DNA from: Calditrichia bacterium
GTDB lineage: Bacteria > Calditrichota > Calditrichia > JAJRVZ01
NCBI GenBank assembly: GCA_963777955.1
Contig: CAVZSQ010000013.1
Location: 416,001-480,000, forward strand
DNA length: 64,000 nucleotides
Direction of reading: 5' to 3'
Shown here: positions 9,248 to 19,369 of the stretch, one piece after another
Position numbering within the stretch: the first letter of the stretch is position 1
How the letters are laid out: the number at the start of each line of letters is the position of its first letter
Program-made: the position numbers and the translations under genes
Notes under the pieces: generated by a model
Database searches by the model: none
Told to the model about the DNA's origin: nothing
What the model saw: only the letters and a program-made list of their open reading frames with translations

Positions 9248-9474
9248 AATTTAATTTCCGGCCCTGCCGACTAAATATCCTAAGTTTTTATTTATTAATT
9301 CATTATCTCTGCATTAATCCGTCTAAATTTATTTAATTTTTAAGTAAAGTTTTTGCGCTTTCGGTGCGAAAATAACTATACAGATTATCTTATACTGATT
9401 AATCTTCCTGTCGGCAGTAATACTGGCCGGGGCGTGTTACTATCACAAAAAATGGTGCAACTATTATCTGATCT

Positions 9475-11589
9475 ATGGCAAAAGTTATAATCGGTTCCAT
9501 AATTGACCACTACCAGATTCTGGAACAAATCGGCAAAGGTGGCATGGGGGTTGTCTACAAAGCCCTCAATGTCAATCTGGAAAAATTTGTGGCTATTAAA
9601 ACCATTGCCCTGGGTCTGACCAGTGAAGATATTTTTACCAGCCGTTTTCGCACCGAGGCCCGTGCCCTGGCCAGGTTAGAGAATCCGCACATTGTGCATA
9701 TTTATGATATGCGCGCCGATGATAACCAGTGGTTTATCGTAATGGAGTACGTGGAAGGGATCACTCTGGCCGAAAAAATAAAGCGGGATAGAATAATTCC
9801 CTGGCCTGAGGCTTTAAAGATCTTTCAACAAATGCTCACCGCTATCGGCCATGCCCACCGCCTGGGGGTCATTCACCGGGATATTAAGCCTAACAACATC
9901 ATGATCACTAATGAAGGCATAGTTAAAATCACCGACTTCGGCCTGGCTAAAGACCGCTATACCCGCAGTTTGACTCAACCGGTATCTACCGGAGGAACCC
10001 TTTACTACATGTCACCGGAGCAGGTCAAGGGATTATTGTTTACGGATCATCGCAGCGACATTTATTCCCTGGGATTGACTTTGTATGAAATGCTGGCCGG
10101 CAAGATACCGTTCCGTAAGGGTGACACCGATTTCACCATTCGCGAAGCTATTGTTAAACGCCAATTTCCACCCCCCTCCTTTTTCAATCCGCATTTATCC
10201 GACTGGTTCGATGCCTTGGTGATGAAACTGATTGCCAAAGATCCCAATGACCGTTATCAGAATATTGATGAAATACAAAAAACCCTGGCCCAGTTCACGA
10301 AATCCGCCGGTCAATCGCAAAGTATTTCCAAAGCAGCCGAAGCTAAAACTGTTCATAATAATTACGATTCGATGTTTTCTGATGATCTGACAGGCATTCT
10401 GCCCAGTCAATTCAACGACCGCAGACAAAGTAAACGCCTGCTGGCAGGCCACTGGGCTAAATATAGCAAATCATTTTTATTGACCATGCTCTGTCTTATA
10501 GCAGTTATTATCGGTTTTAATAATTATCCAGAAATAATTTCCCGGTTTTCACCGCTATCAGCAGAAAAAAAATATGTAACCAGTCTGAATATTATCAGCG
10601 AACCTCCGGCCGCCAGGATTTTTATCAATGGCAAGGAAGCCGGCCGAAGTCCCCTTTTACTGGATTCAGTCGCCAACAATTATATTTTCATTTCTCTGCA
10701 AAAAGACAAATATTTGCAGATTGATACCTTGCTCAATCTGAAGGTACTTGCCGGCAATACCTTTACAGCAGCCTTACCGCCCGTTATCCAGTTGTCAGGC
10801 AGTGCGGATACGGTTGACCTTAACCGGTTAGCCGCTAAACAGTCTCTGACCTTCCCTGAATCTCACCGGCAGAATATGAGTACTGCCGGACCCGTGATAA
10901 AAAGTCCTGATCCTGTTTCATCTTCAGCCGGATTGCTGGAGATTACCTCCACACCTGCCGGTGCGGAGATCTGGCTGGATAATATACAAATTCAGGAGGC
11001 GCGCACACCCTGGATATTAAGGTCATGTCCACCCGGCAAGCATCAATTGACAATAAAAAAACCGGGTTATACGGATTATACGGCAGAAACCACAGTGCAA
11101 TCCGATATGCGCAATGCCTTTGCTGCCGAATTAATCGTCAGATCCGGACTGCTCAGCATTCAGGTTTCTCCCTGGGGATCCATTTTCATTGACGATATGT
11201 TAAAAATGGAAAATACAAATATCAGATACAGAGAGAATCTGCCGGTGGGGCAGCATCAATTACGGATTGTCCATCCCGTGCTGGGTAAACTCGAGAAAAC
11301 TGTTCAGATTGAAGCGGATCGCAGCGAAGAAGTATTGATCAATTTTAATACGATTGTCAACATCCGTGTAACTGCTTTTGATCCTCAGGGAAAACCGGTC
11401 TGGGCAGAAATTATTGTCGACGATAAGAATACCGGTGAAATGACCCCGAAAGAGATTGGTCTGCATATTGGCTACCATACCGTCGCCGCTCAGAAAGACG
11501 GCTATATCCTGGTCAATGGTGAAAAAGAAATTATGGTCGAGAATTCCCTTGAGGAACCGTTGAAATTTATTCTCAGAAAAATAATGTGA
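9475..11589 (+). CDS. Membrane-anchored Hanks-type Ser/Thr protein kinase with extracytoplasmic PEGA repeats
   Basis: GKGGMGVV, VAIK, HRDIKPNN, DFG, YMSPE; TM 'FLLTMLCLIAVIIGF'; PEGA motifs 'LNIISEPPAARIFING', 'LEITSTPAGAEIWLD', 'WAEIIVDDKNTGEMTP'. Confidence 0.95.
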   Translation: MAKVIIGSIIDHYQILEQIGKGGMGVVYKALNVNLEKFVAIKTIALGLTSEDIFTSRFRTEARALARLENPHIVHIYDMRADDNQWFIVMEYVEGITLAEKIKRDRIIPWPEALKIFQQMLTAIGHAHRLGVIHRDIKPNNIMITNEGIVKITDFGLAKDRYTRSLTQPVSTGGTLYYMSPEQVKGLLFTDHRSDIYSLGLTLYEMLAGKIPFRKGDTDFTIREAIVKRQFPPPSFFNPHLSDWFDALVMKLIAKDPNDRYQNIDEIQKTLAQFTKSAGQSQSISKAAEAKTVHNNYDSMFSDDLTGILPSQFNDRRQSKRLLAGHWAKYSKSFLLTMLCLIAVIIGFNNYPEIISRFSPLSAEKKYVTSLNIISEPPAARIFINGKEAGRSPLLLDSVANNYIFISLQKDKYLQIDTLLNLKVLAGNTFTAALPPVIQLSGSADTVDLNRLAAKQSLTFPESHRQNMSTAGPVIKSPDPVSSSAGLLEITSTPAGAEIWLDNIQIQEARTPWILRSCPPGKHQLTIKKPGYTDYTAETTVQSDMRNAFAAELIVRSGLLSIQVSPWGSIFIDDMLKMENTNIRYRENLPVGQHQLRIVHPVLGKLEKTVQIEADRSEEVLINFNTIVNIRVTAFDPQGKPVWAEIIVDDKNTGEMTPKEIGLHIGYHTVAAQKDGYILVNGEKEIMVENSLEEPLKFILRKIM

Positions 11590-11765
11590 TATCGGTACAA
11601 GTATTATTACTCTGCATTAATTGAAACTGGAAACAAACTGGTTTAACTATAAATACTACAAAGATATATGTTGAAAAATCTGTTAATTTTTATTAATTAT
11701 GAGGTTCGGCTATATGAAAATTAATTGTGGCGATTCAGGAACCGAGGGAAATAGATTAACTTGTA

Positions 11766-11848
11766 GGTCGTCTCGACTACGCTCGACGACCGGTTTTTCG
11801 TTCCCCGAGCGGCCTGTCCCGAGCCAGGTCGAGGGAAGTCGAGGGGAA
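11766..11848. repeat. Pair of CGAGCG-N-AGTCGAG family palindromic repeats, one with a nested copy
   Basis: GGTCGTCTCGACTACGCTCGACGACC (11766-11791) and TTCCCCGAGCG[..CCCGAGCCAGGTCGAGGG]AAGTCGAGGGGAA (11801-11848). Confidence 0.7.
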
Positions 11849-11903
11849 TAATAGTGATAAAGATATTATTTTTTTTTAATCGATAATCACAGGTGCAGAT
11901 GAA

Positions 11904-12485
11904 TTGAAAACATTTTTACGCTCACTCTGCCTGATCATTTTTACCAGTTACCAGTTATTGATTTCCGGTTTGGGTCAAGAGACAAATTTATTTGCCCAGA
12001 GTTCCCGGGGAATTGATCTGCATCAAAAGATCAACCTGGCGCAGAAATTATATTTTGAAGGCAACTTCGATTCAGCCATTGATCTGATCAAACAATGTTT
12101 GCAGCAGGGCTTCGCCGCGGATAATGAAAAAGTTCGGGCCTATAAGATACTGGCCCAGGCTTATCTGGCCAAAGGCTTTGAACAGCCGGCCCAGGAGGTG
12201 GTAAAAAAATTACTGGAGATTGTGCCCGAGTATACACCGATGCTGGAAGAAGATCCGCCGCAATTTGTCGAACTGGTCAACAAAATCAAAAACGCTCCTG
12301 CCGCCGAAACAGACAAACCAAAGTCAACCAATAACACGAATCATAAAAAAACTTACTGGTTATGGGTCGGATCAGCCGGTGTGGTTTTACTGGGGGCAAC
12401 GGCAATACTGGTATTGAATGGACCTGGATCACATGATACCGATCAGAATGAACCATTACCGCTGCCGCCCGCCTGGCCGGAGTAA
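11904..12485 (+). CDS. Exported TPR protein with C-terminal hydrophobic helix and Pro-rich tail
   Basis: Signal-like N-terminus, TPR 'AQKLYFEGNFDSAIDLIKQ...AYKILAQAYLAKG...LLEIVPEY', C-terminus 'WLWVGSAGVVLLGATAILVL...PLPLPPAWPE'. Confidence 0.8.
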   Translation: MKTFLRSLCLIIFTSYQLLISGLGQETNLFAQSSRGIDLHQKINLAQKLYFEGNFDSAIDLIKQCLQQGFAADNEKVRAYKILAQAYLAKGFEQPAQEVVKKLLEIVPEYTPMLEEDPPQFVELVNKIKNAPAAETDKPKSTNNTNHKKTYWLWVGSAGVVLLGATAILVLNGPGSHDTDQNEPLPLPPAWPE

Positions 12486-12515
12486 GACGACATTTCTCCT
12501 TATCTGATAGGATAC

Positions 12516-15500
12516 ATGACGACAAACAAAATAAATATCTTCCGATTATCGCTGTGCCTGCTGGGTTATGTTTTAATATGCATTCCCTTTTCACAAACAT
12601 CGGCTCAAACCCAGGTCAGCGGAACAATTACCAATGCCACCTGGTCCAGAGAGAATTCACCATACCAGGTGACCGGGGATATTACCGTCCAAAGTCTGAC
12701 TATCGAAGCGGGGGTGGAAGTTCAATTCCAGAATAATTACCAGTTTAACGTCTCAGGCCGGTTAACCGCCGTCGGCAGCAAACAGGATTCCATCCGTTTT
12801 GTCAGTTCCCCTGCCAATGTATCCGGCTGGCGGGGAATCTTATTTGCCGCTGGCTCATCCGCTGCGAGCTATGGCTTACTGTATTATCGAGGATGCCAAT
12901 TTATATGGTGTACGATTTGAGAACCCTATAATTCGATTTGAAAAATGCCGGATTTCCCACAGTGCTGCCAGCGGGATTGAAATCGTTTCAAGTACGGTGG
13001 AAATAAAAAGATGTGTGATTACAGCCAATTCCGCTCATGGTATTTCAGTTTCAGCCGCTGGCAGAGCGAATATATTGAATTGCATTTTGAGCAGTAATAC
13101 CAATAATGGAATTAATATTGATGGTGGTTGTGTTCAGCTCACTAATTCATTAGTCAAGAACAACGGCCAGGGAGGAATTTTTCTGCTGCAGGCAACCGAT
13201 ACTCTGACCATGACCAATTCGAATGTCGTTTACAATATTTCTGTACCGGGAATATTTGCAGTCGGCAATAAATTAGATTTAAAAAATTCGATCGTTTACT
13301 TTAACGGCTCAGGCATTTCACCTGCCAGCGGTACCGTAACCTACAGCGATATACAGGGTAGCTACACGGGGACCGGGAATATCGCCAGTGATCCGCTTTT
13401 TACAAATAATATTTCGTATGAGTTATTAAGCAATTCATTATGTATCGATGGCGGCAATCCAGGTGCTGCATACAACGATATTTGTTTTCCACCATCCAAA
13501 GGCACCAGCACAAATGATCTGGGGATTTACGGCGGGCCTGCCGCTTGTGGTTGGTATGATCCACTGTTTGTAACCCCTCTCGCGCTTAACTTTGGCCAGG
13601 TTACTTTAGGTGATACAGCACAGTTACCAATAAGTATTAAAAACTATTCTGATTCCCTGCTGACAATTACCCGGATACAAATTTTAGGAACTGATGCAGC
13701 ACAATACATCTTTACTCAATCAACACCTCTGAACATATTGCCGTTGGATAGTATTCAACTGGCCGTACAATTCTTTCCCGATCAAGCTCGTGAATATTCT
13801 GCTGCACTGGATGTTATAACTCTCCAGGACTCGCTGCAGGTTTCACTCAGTGGATCGGGTGTCACCCCGGATATTTTTGTTACTCCTGCTTCTTCTAACT
13901 TCAGCTCAGTTCATGTGAGTGATTCACTTTTGAATTTCGTTCGTATATATAATGTAGGTCAGGGAGTTTTAAAAATTCATGATCTGACCAGCAGTGCTGC
14001 GACCTTCGCAACCAGGTTTTTCAGTATTCCGGCTAATATCCTGCCAGGACAACAGGATACACTTTATATTCTTTTTAAACCCGACACCGCTCAGGTATAC
14101 TCTGAACATATTATAATTCATTCTAACGATCCGGATGAAGCCCAATTTAGTATTGATGTCAACGGAACCGGTTTGGCTCCTGTGCTGACTTCTTCTACCG
14201 ATTCTTTGAATTTCGCTGCGGTTTTGCTCAATCAGGATTCAACCATTTCGATTGTTCTGAAAAACACCGGAAATGATACCCTGCAGATAAACTCAAAAAA
14301 TATCTCCGGGGCCGATAGTCTTTCCTTTCAAATTACCAGCAGCCAGGATGTGGTAATCTTGCCCCCTGCCGCTGAGGATACAGTACAAATCTTATTTCAA
14401 CCTGCAGTTACCCGCTTATACTCGGCCTTACTCCGGATAGATAGCAACGACCCGTTTATTAATCCACGGTATGTTGTTTTACAAGGCAGGGGTGTAATAC
14501 CCGAGCTGGCCCTCAGTTCCGAAACATTAGACTTCGGTCAGGTGCAGGTTAATTCGGATTCTGTACTGAATCTGGTCATTACCAACAACGGATCGGCGAT
14601 ACTGAAAGTATGGGATATTGTTATCCTGCCCGATAGCAGCGCGTTTACAATAGTTAATGGTGGCCAGAATTTTAATTTAACTCCCGACGGATCTGCCGAC
14701 AGTATTTTGATATCATTTTTGCCAATGAGCGCAGGTTATGCCTCCGCCGTGCTGCAAATGCTGACCAACGATCCCGCCCATGATACCCTGCAAATTCCAC
14801 TCAGCGGCCGGGGAGTCAATTTCGAGATTACAGTTACACCGGATGATTCTCTGGATTTCAACCAGATACCGGTTGGCCAGGATAGTACTTTGACACTGCT
14901 GCTGGAAAATCTCGGCAGCGGCGATCTGCAGGTCAGAGCACATATTGCCGGTGCTGACTCGGTTCAATTTAGACTGGCTGATGGCGATTCATTCTTTGTA
15001 ATCCCTGAAAACTCACCTCAGCATTTGCTGCAAATTTTTTTCGTTCCCGTTAACCGCGGTTCAAAAAAAGCGGTACTGGAGATATTCAGTAACGATACCA
15101 ACCATCCTTCTATTCTGATCAATCTCTGCGGGTATGCCCTGGCGGCAGAAATTTTTAGCGCTCAAAACAATATCTCCTTTGATAATACTTATATCTGGGA
15201 GAACAGTACCCGATCCATCAGTATTTTCAACCTGGGCGAACTCGCTTTAATCGTCGATTCGCTGCGGATCAGCGGGCCGGATTCAAACGAATTCCTGATT
15301 CCTGACCAAACCTTTCCGTTAAGTATCCCGGCCGGCCCGGATAGCCAGCCGCTGCAAGTGCGCTTCAACCCTTTAAGTGCAGGTGCTAAAAATGATCTCC
15401 TGCTTATCTACAGCAATGATCCCCTCTCCCCGGCGAGTCTCAATTTGAACGCCCTTGGCCTGCTGGACCTGACCCCGGCTGCCATAACCATCGATACTTC

Positions 15501-17050
15501 TTCCCTCAGTTTCACAACCGGCAGCAACAGCCCCATAGAGGTTATTACAAAAGATGATGAAAGTATCATTCAGAACGTTTCTGTATTCGTGAGATCCGGC
15601 GGCCGGCAGGTCTATCGACAAATAAATTTTACTCAGACTGACGATACATTGTGGAGTGCGGTTATTCCCGGCCAGCAAGTAACGGAACGCGGACTGGAAT
15701 ATTACCTGGAAGTATGTCATGGCGGAGCGATAACATGCTATCCACAGAATGGTGCCGCTGAACCGGAAATCGGGTTTGTGCAGGTGCCAACTTTAAGTTT
15801 TCCAGACGCTACGCTGAATAGCAGATATCAGATGATCTCGGTACCTGTACAGACAGGAGCACAGAATTTAAGCGATCTCTTCCAGGATGATCTGGGCACA
15901 TACGATAATATCAACTATCGCTTTTTTGACTGGAATAGTGACAGTTCAGAATACATGGAATTGTCAGCTCTGGATATACCGTTACCTCCGGGTAAAGCAC
16001 TCTGGTTAATCACCAGGGAGGCAACCGTGCTTGACCTGGAAAATGCTCAATCCAATCTTGACAGTGCCGATTTCACAGTACAACTGAAAGCAGGCTGGAA
16101 TATGATCGCTGATCCTTTCGCCTTTACGGTTTCCTGGGATCAAATCGATCACGATTATATCCAGGGGCAAACCCTCTGGTATTACAACGGTGATGCCTGG
16201 ATCATCGATTCAGCACTGGTACCCTACCGTGGTTATGCAGTACAGGTCATAAGCGATACAGCAATTTACATTCCTGCACAGGAAACGGAAAATCCGGTTA
16301 TTCCCAAACCGGTGCCGGCCACTGAATGGCACCTGCAGATAACTGCTGATAACGGCACTCAATACGATCATTATAATTATGCCGGGATACGTCTGGCCGC
16401 CAGCGATGACTGGGATATCTGCGATATCAGCGAACCACCGGGAATTGGTAATTTTGTATCCATCTATTTTCAGAAAGATACCGCTGTTTCCTTCCCCGGA
16501 CGTCTGGCCGGTGATTTCCGTGAACCGGACCATGAACAGTACACTTATAATCTGATGCTGAACAATAGTATATCAGGAAAAACCAGGATACAAGTTATAG
16601 CGCACAACCTTCCGGATAATTTCGATTGGCTGGTGCTTTCTACCCATAATAAAATCCGATATCCTAAAGAAAGCTGGACTACCGATAAGTCGCAGGAATC
16701 TTTTCAACTGGTAGTAGGAACAAAAAGTGCTCTGCAATCCGTTCTTGACGAATATAAGGAAATCCCCGGCAGTTTCCAGCTCACGCAGAATTTTCCAAAT
16801 CCATTCAATCCCACCACGACAATAGTTTATCAATTGCCTCAGTCAGCGTCGATCAGTATAGACTATTTTCGATATCCTGGGTAAAAAAATAAGAACTTTA
16901 CTGCCTGAAACCAGACAGGAAGCCGGTTATTATCAACTCCACTGGGACGGCAGAAATGATCATCATCAACCTGTAGCCAGCGCCGTATATATATTATTTT
17001 TACGCTCGGATAAATATCAGCAGGCCATAAAAATGATTTTACAGCGGTAG
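12516..17050 (+). CDS. Large secreted/surface protein: beta-helix, six ASH/choice-of-anchor-D Ig repeats, FlgD/T9SS-like C-terminal domain (frameshifts near 12865 and 16860)
   Basis: Signal peptide; 'WSRENSPYQVTGDITV'; six 'P.....LxF..V......xI.N.G...L....SNDP....L.G.G' repeats; 'QNFPNPFNPTT', then the shifted frame 'IFDILGKKIRTL...GYYQLHWDGRND...VASAVY...KMILQR*' ending at 17050. Confidence 0.85.
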
Positions 17051-17064
17051 ATTCGGTAAGATCC

Positions 17065-19128
17065 CTATACCTGTATTTTCTTTTCTTCCAGCACCGCCAG
17101 CATCTTTTTAACAGGGATGCCGGTTTTCTGGGACATCACAGTGGTAATCGACATTACATTCAGGGTTTTATTTGACAGGCCAATTTCGGATTCATGTGCT
17201 GTTTCCTGATCTTTACTTTCAACAATTTTCAGATCGGGTATCTGAATCTGGGCGCCGGCTTCATCCAGGAGATCAATGGCCTTGGAGGGGAGTGAATGAT
17301 CCGGGTCGAATTGCCGGGATAGCACGATTGCTGCTTCCAGGGCGTTATCGGTTATCCAGATATGATGATATTCTTCCAATTTTTTTCTGAATATCGAAAG
17401 CATCTCCAGTATTTCTTTATCATTCGGTTCGTTAATCAAAATCTTCTGAAAACCACGTTCGAGCGATGCTTCGGTCTTTATATACTTTTTGTACTCTTCG
17501 GGATTAGTGGTACCGATGCATTGAATCTTGTTGCCAATGATGGCAGGATTCAGCAGATGGGCGATGGTAGCATATAGATCTTTTTTACCACTCCCGGCAA
17601 AATTATGGATCTCGTCAATGTACAGGATTAAATCGTTTTTTTGTTCGACTTCCTGCAACAGATTATGCCAGCGTTGCTCATATTCATTTTTATCTTTAAT
17701 ACCCGCTATCAGCAGATTCATATTTAGTTCAATCAGTCTTTTCCGGGGTAACAAATTATCACACTGGCTCAATTTTATAGCCAGCGCCTCAACCAGGGCA
17801 CTTTTCCCCACTCCGGCTTTTCCGATTAACAGCGGATTATGGCAGTAGCGTTGGGCCAGGGTTTGAATGATCTGCAAAATTTCATTCCGCCGTTCGGCAA
17901 AAGGACCTAACTTACCCTGCGCAGCTTTGCTGGTAAGATCTTTGCCAAAACGGTCAAGCAGGGAATGATTTTCTCCACAGCCCACCGCAATCTCGCGGGA
18001 TTCAGTGTTGATCTCCGCCGGTAACATTTTCATGGGATTTTTATTGATATGCGGATTGTATACCTCGTACACCTCGATGGTTGGTTCACCTGGTTTAAAC
18101 CTCCGGAAGCCCAGATATTTCCAGGATAAACTTGAATTGCTTTTCTCCTGCTGTGCTTCTTCATATACAGCACGGCTGGTCAGGATATGGCCCCCTTCGG
18201 CAGCGCACATGATACGATTGGCGCTGGAAACCCTGATACCGAAAATATCACGTGATCTTTCATCGCCGATCTGTTTTACCTCCCCCATGTCCATGCCGAT
18301 ACGAATATCCAGCAGATTGTTGGTCAGGAATTCTTTCTGGATAGCCACAGCGCATTTCACGGCAATATCAGGACTGGAGAAAACCATTAACAATCCATCT
18401 CCCGTCGACTTGATAATTTCACCTTTGCCAATTCTTTTGATCACTTTCTTAATCGTATCGTCGTGGTACTTGATCAGTTTTAAAAATTCATCATCCCCTA
18501 ACTGATTGTATAAAACCATCGAACCGACGATGTCATCGAACATGATAGTCAGCAATGAACTCTGACTGTTTTTAGTAAAAGACTGGATGCTGACAAAATC
18601 GTTGGAACTTATTCCTTCCTGCGGGCAAGGTTCCGGCTGCGCCGACCTGCCCAGTGTTTTGATCCAGATGGATCTGCTGGACACACCCAGTTCGGCACAC
18701 GCCCCCTCGATCAAACGTCCGGGTCGGCTCATAATAGCGGCCAGGAGCAGCAGGGCATCCACTTCAGTAGAATTATTAGCCAAATCTTCAGCATGTTTGA
18801 AGCAGCCGCGGGCATCTTCACTGCGGTGAATTATTTTTCCTTTGAAGACAAAACGCCGCCGCGGAAGTTTGGCTCTCAGGCGACGCCGGAAATGTACGGC
18901 CTGAATATTCAATTCCTGCAAGAAGGCCGATATCTGGACCTGTTCAGTATTCAGTCGCTGCTGATCAGGCTCTGTTAAAGTTTTGAAGGTTTGGGAATGA
19001 ATAATTTTATCCAGACTGAATAAACCAATCAATAAATGTTCTTGTTCGATGAAGGAACTTTTTAACAAAGAGGCTTCCCAGGAAGCAATCTGCCAGGCGC
19101 AGCGTATACCTATTGAATATTTTTTCAA
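17065..19128 (-). CDS. Fusion protein: Clp N-terminal domain + class III adenylate/guanylate cyclase + single ClpA/B-type AAA+ (D1) module
   Basis: AGGAG RBS before a TTG start; ClpN 'IEQEHLLIGL'; cyclase 'TIMFDDIVGS...IIKSTGDGLLMVF...IRIGMDMGEV...DIFG...ANRI'; AAA 'LDRFGKDLT...NPLLIGKAGVGKS...ILYIDEIH...LPSKAIDLLDEA...KTGIPV'. Confidence 0.9.
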   Translation of the reverse strand: MKKYSIGIRCAWQIASWEASLLKSSFIEQEHLLIGLFSLDKIIHSQTFKTLTEPDQQRLNTEQVQISAFLQELNIQAVHFRRRLRAKLPRRRFVFKGKIIHRSEDARGCFKHAEDLANNSTEVDALLLLAAIMSRPGRLIEGACAELGVSSRSIWIKTLGRSAQPEPCPQEGISSNDFVSIQSFTKNSQSSLLTIMFDDIVGSMVLYNQLGDDEFLKLIKYHDDTIKKVIKRIGKGEIIKSTGDGLLMVFSSPDIAVKCAVAIQKEFLTNNLLDIRIGMDMGEVKQIGDERSRDIFGIRVSSANRIMCAAEGGHILTSRAVYEEAQQEKSNSSLSWKYLGFRRFKPGEPTIEVYEVYNPHINKNPMKMLPAEINTESREIAVGCGENHSLLDRFGKDLTSKAAQGKLGPFAERRNEILQIIQTLAQRYCHNPLLIGKAGVGKSALVEALAIKLSQCDNLLPRKRLIELNMNLLIAGIKDKNEYEQRWHNLLQEVEQKNDLILYIDEIHNFAGSGKKDLYATIAHLLNPAIIGNKIQCIGTTNPEEYKKYIKTEASLERGFQKILINEPNDKEILEMLSIFRKKLEEYHHIWITDNALEAAIVLSRQFDPDHSLPSKAIDLLDEAGAQIQIPDLKIVESKDQETAHESEIGLSNKTLNVMSITTVMSQKTGIPVKKMLAVLEEKKIQV

Positions 19129-19369
19129 GTGATTTAACTCCTGAACAGGCTAAAATAATGAGATCTGATCCAAAGACTGCTCTACTAAATATATACGGCT
19201 TATTTTAAAATATTTTGAGCGGTTTTTTCAATTCTTTTGACCTTTAGCTGCTTAGTTTTACAGGATGATAGATCGCTGCCGGGTGCGGCCGGATGACAAA
19301 AAAATTGCATCCTAACACGGAACTATTTAGATTGCTTTTGATCTTAGGGCCAATCGTACGGAACATGTT

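Noticed and set aside
17065..19128. Cyclase-AAA gene as a Pycsar/CBASS component or truncated clpC pseudogene
   Set aside because: There is no adjacent cNMP-binding effector. The ORF is intact with an RBS and ends cleanly at a domain boundary, which argues against simple truncation.
19265..19315. 16-codon ORF (MIDRCRVRPDDKKIAS) upstream of tnaA as a TnaC-like leader
   Set aside because: It has no Trp codon, no terminal Pro and no convincing RBS.
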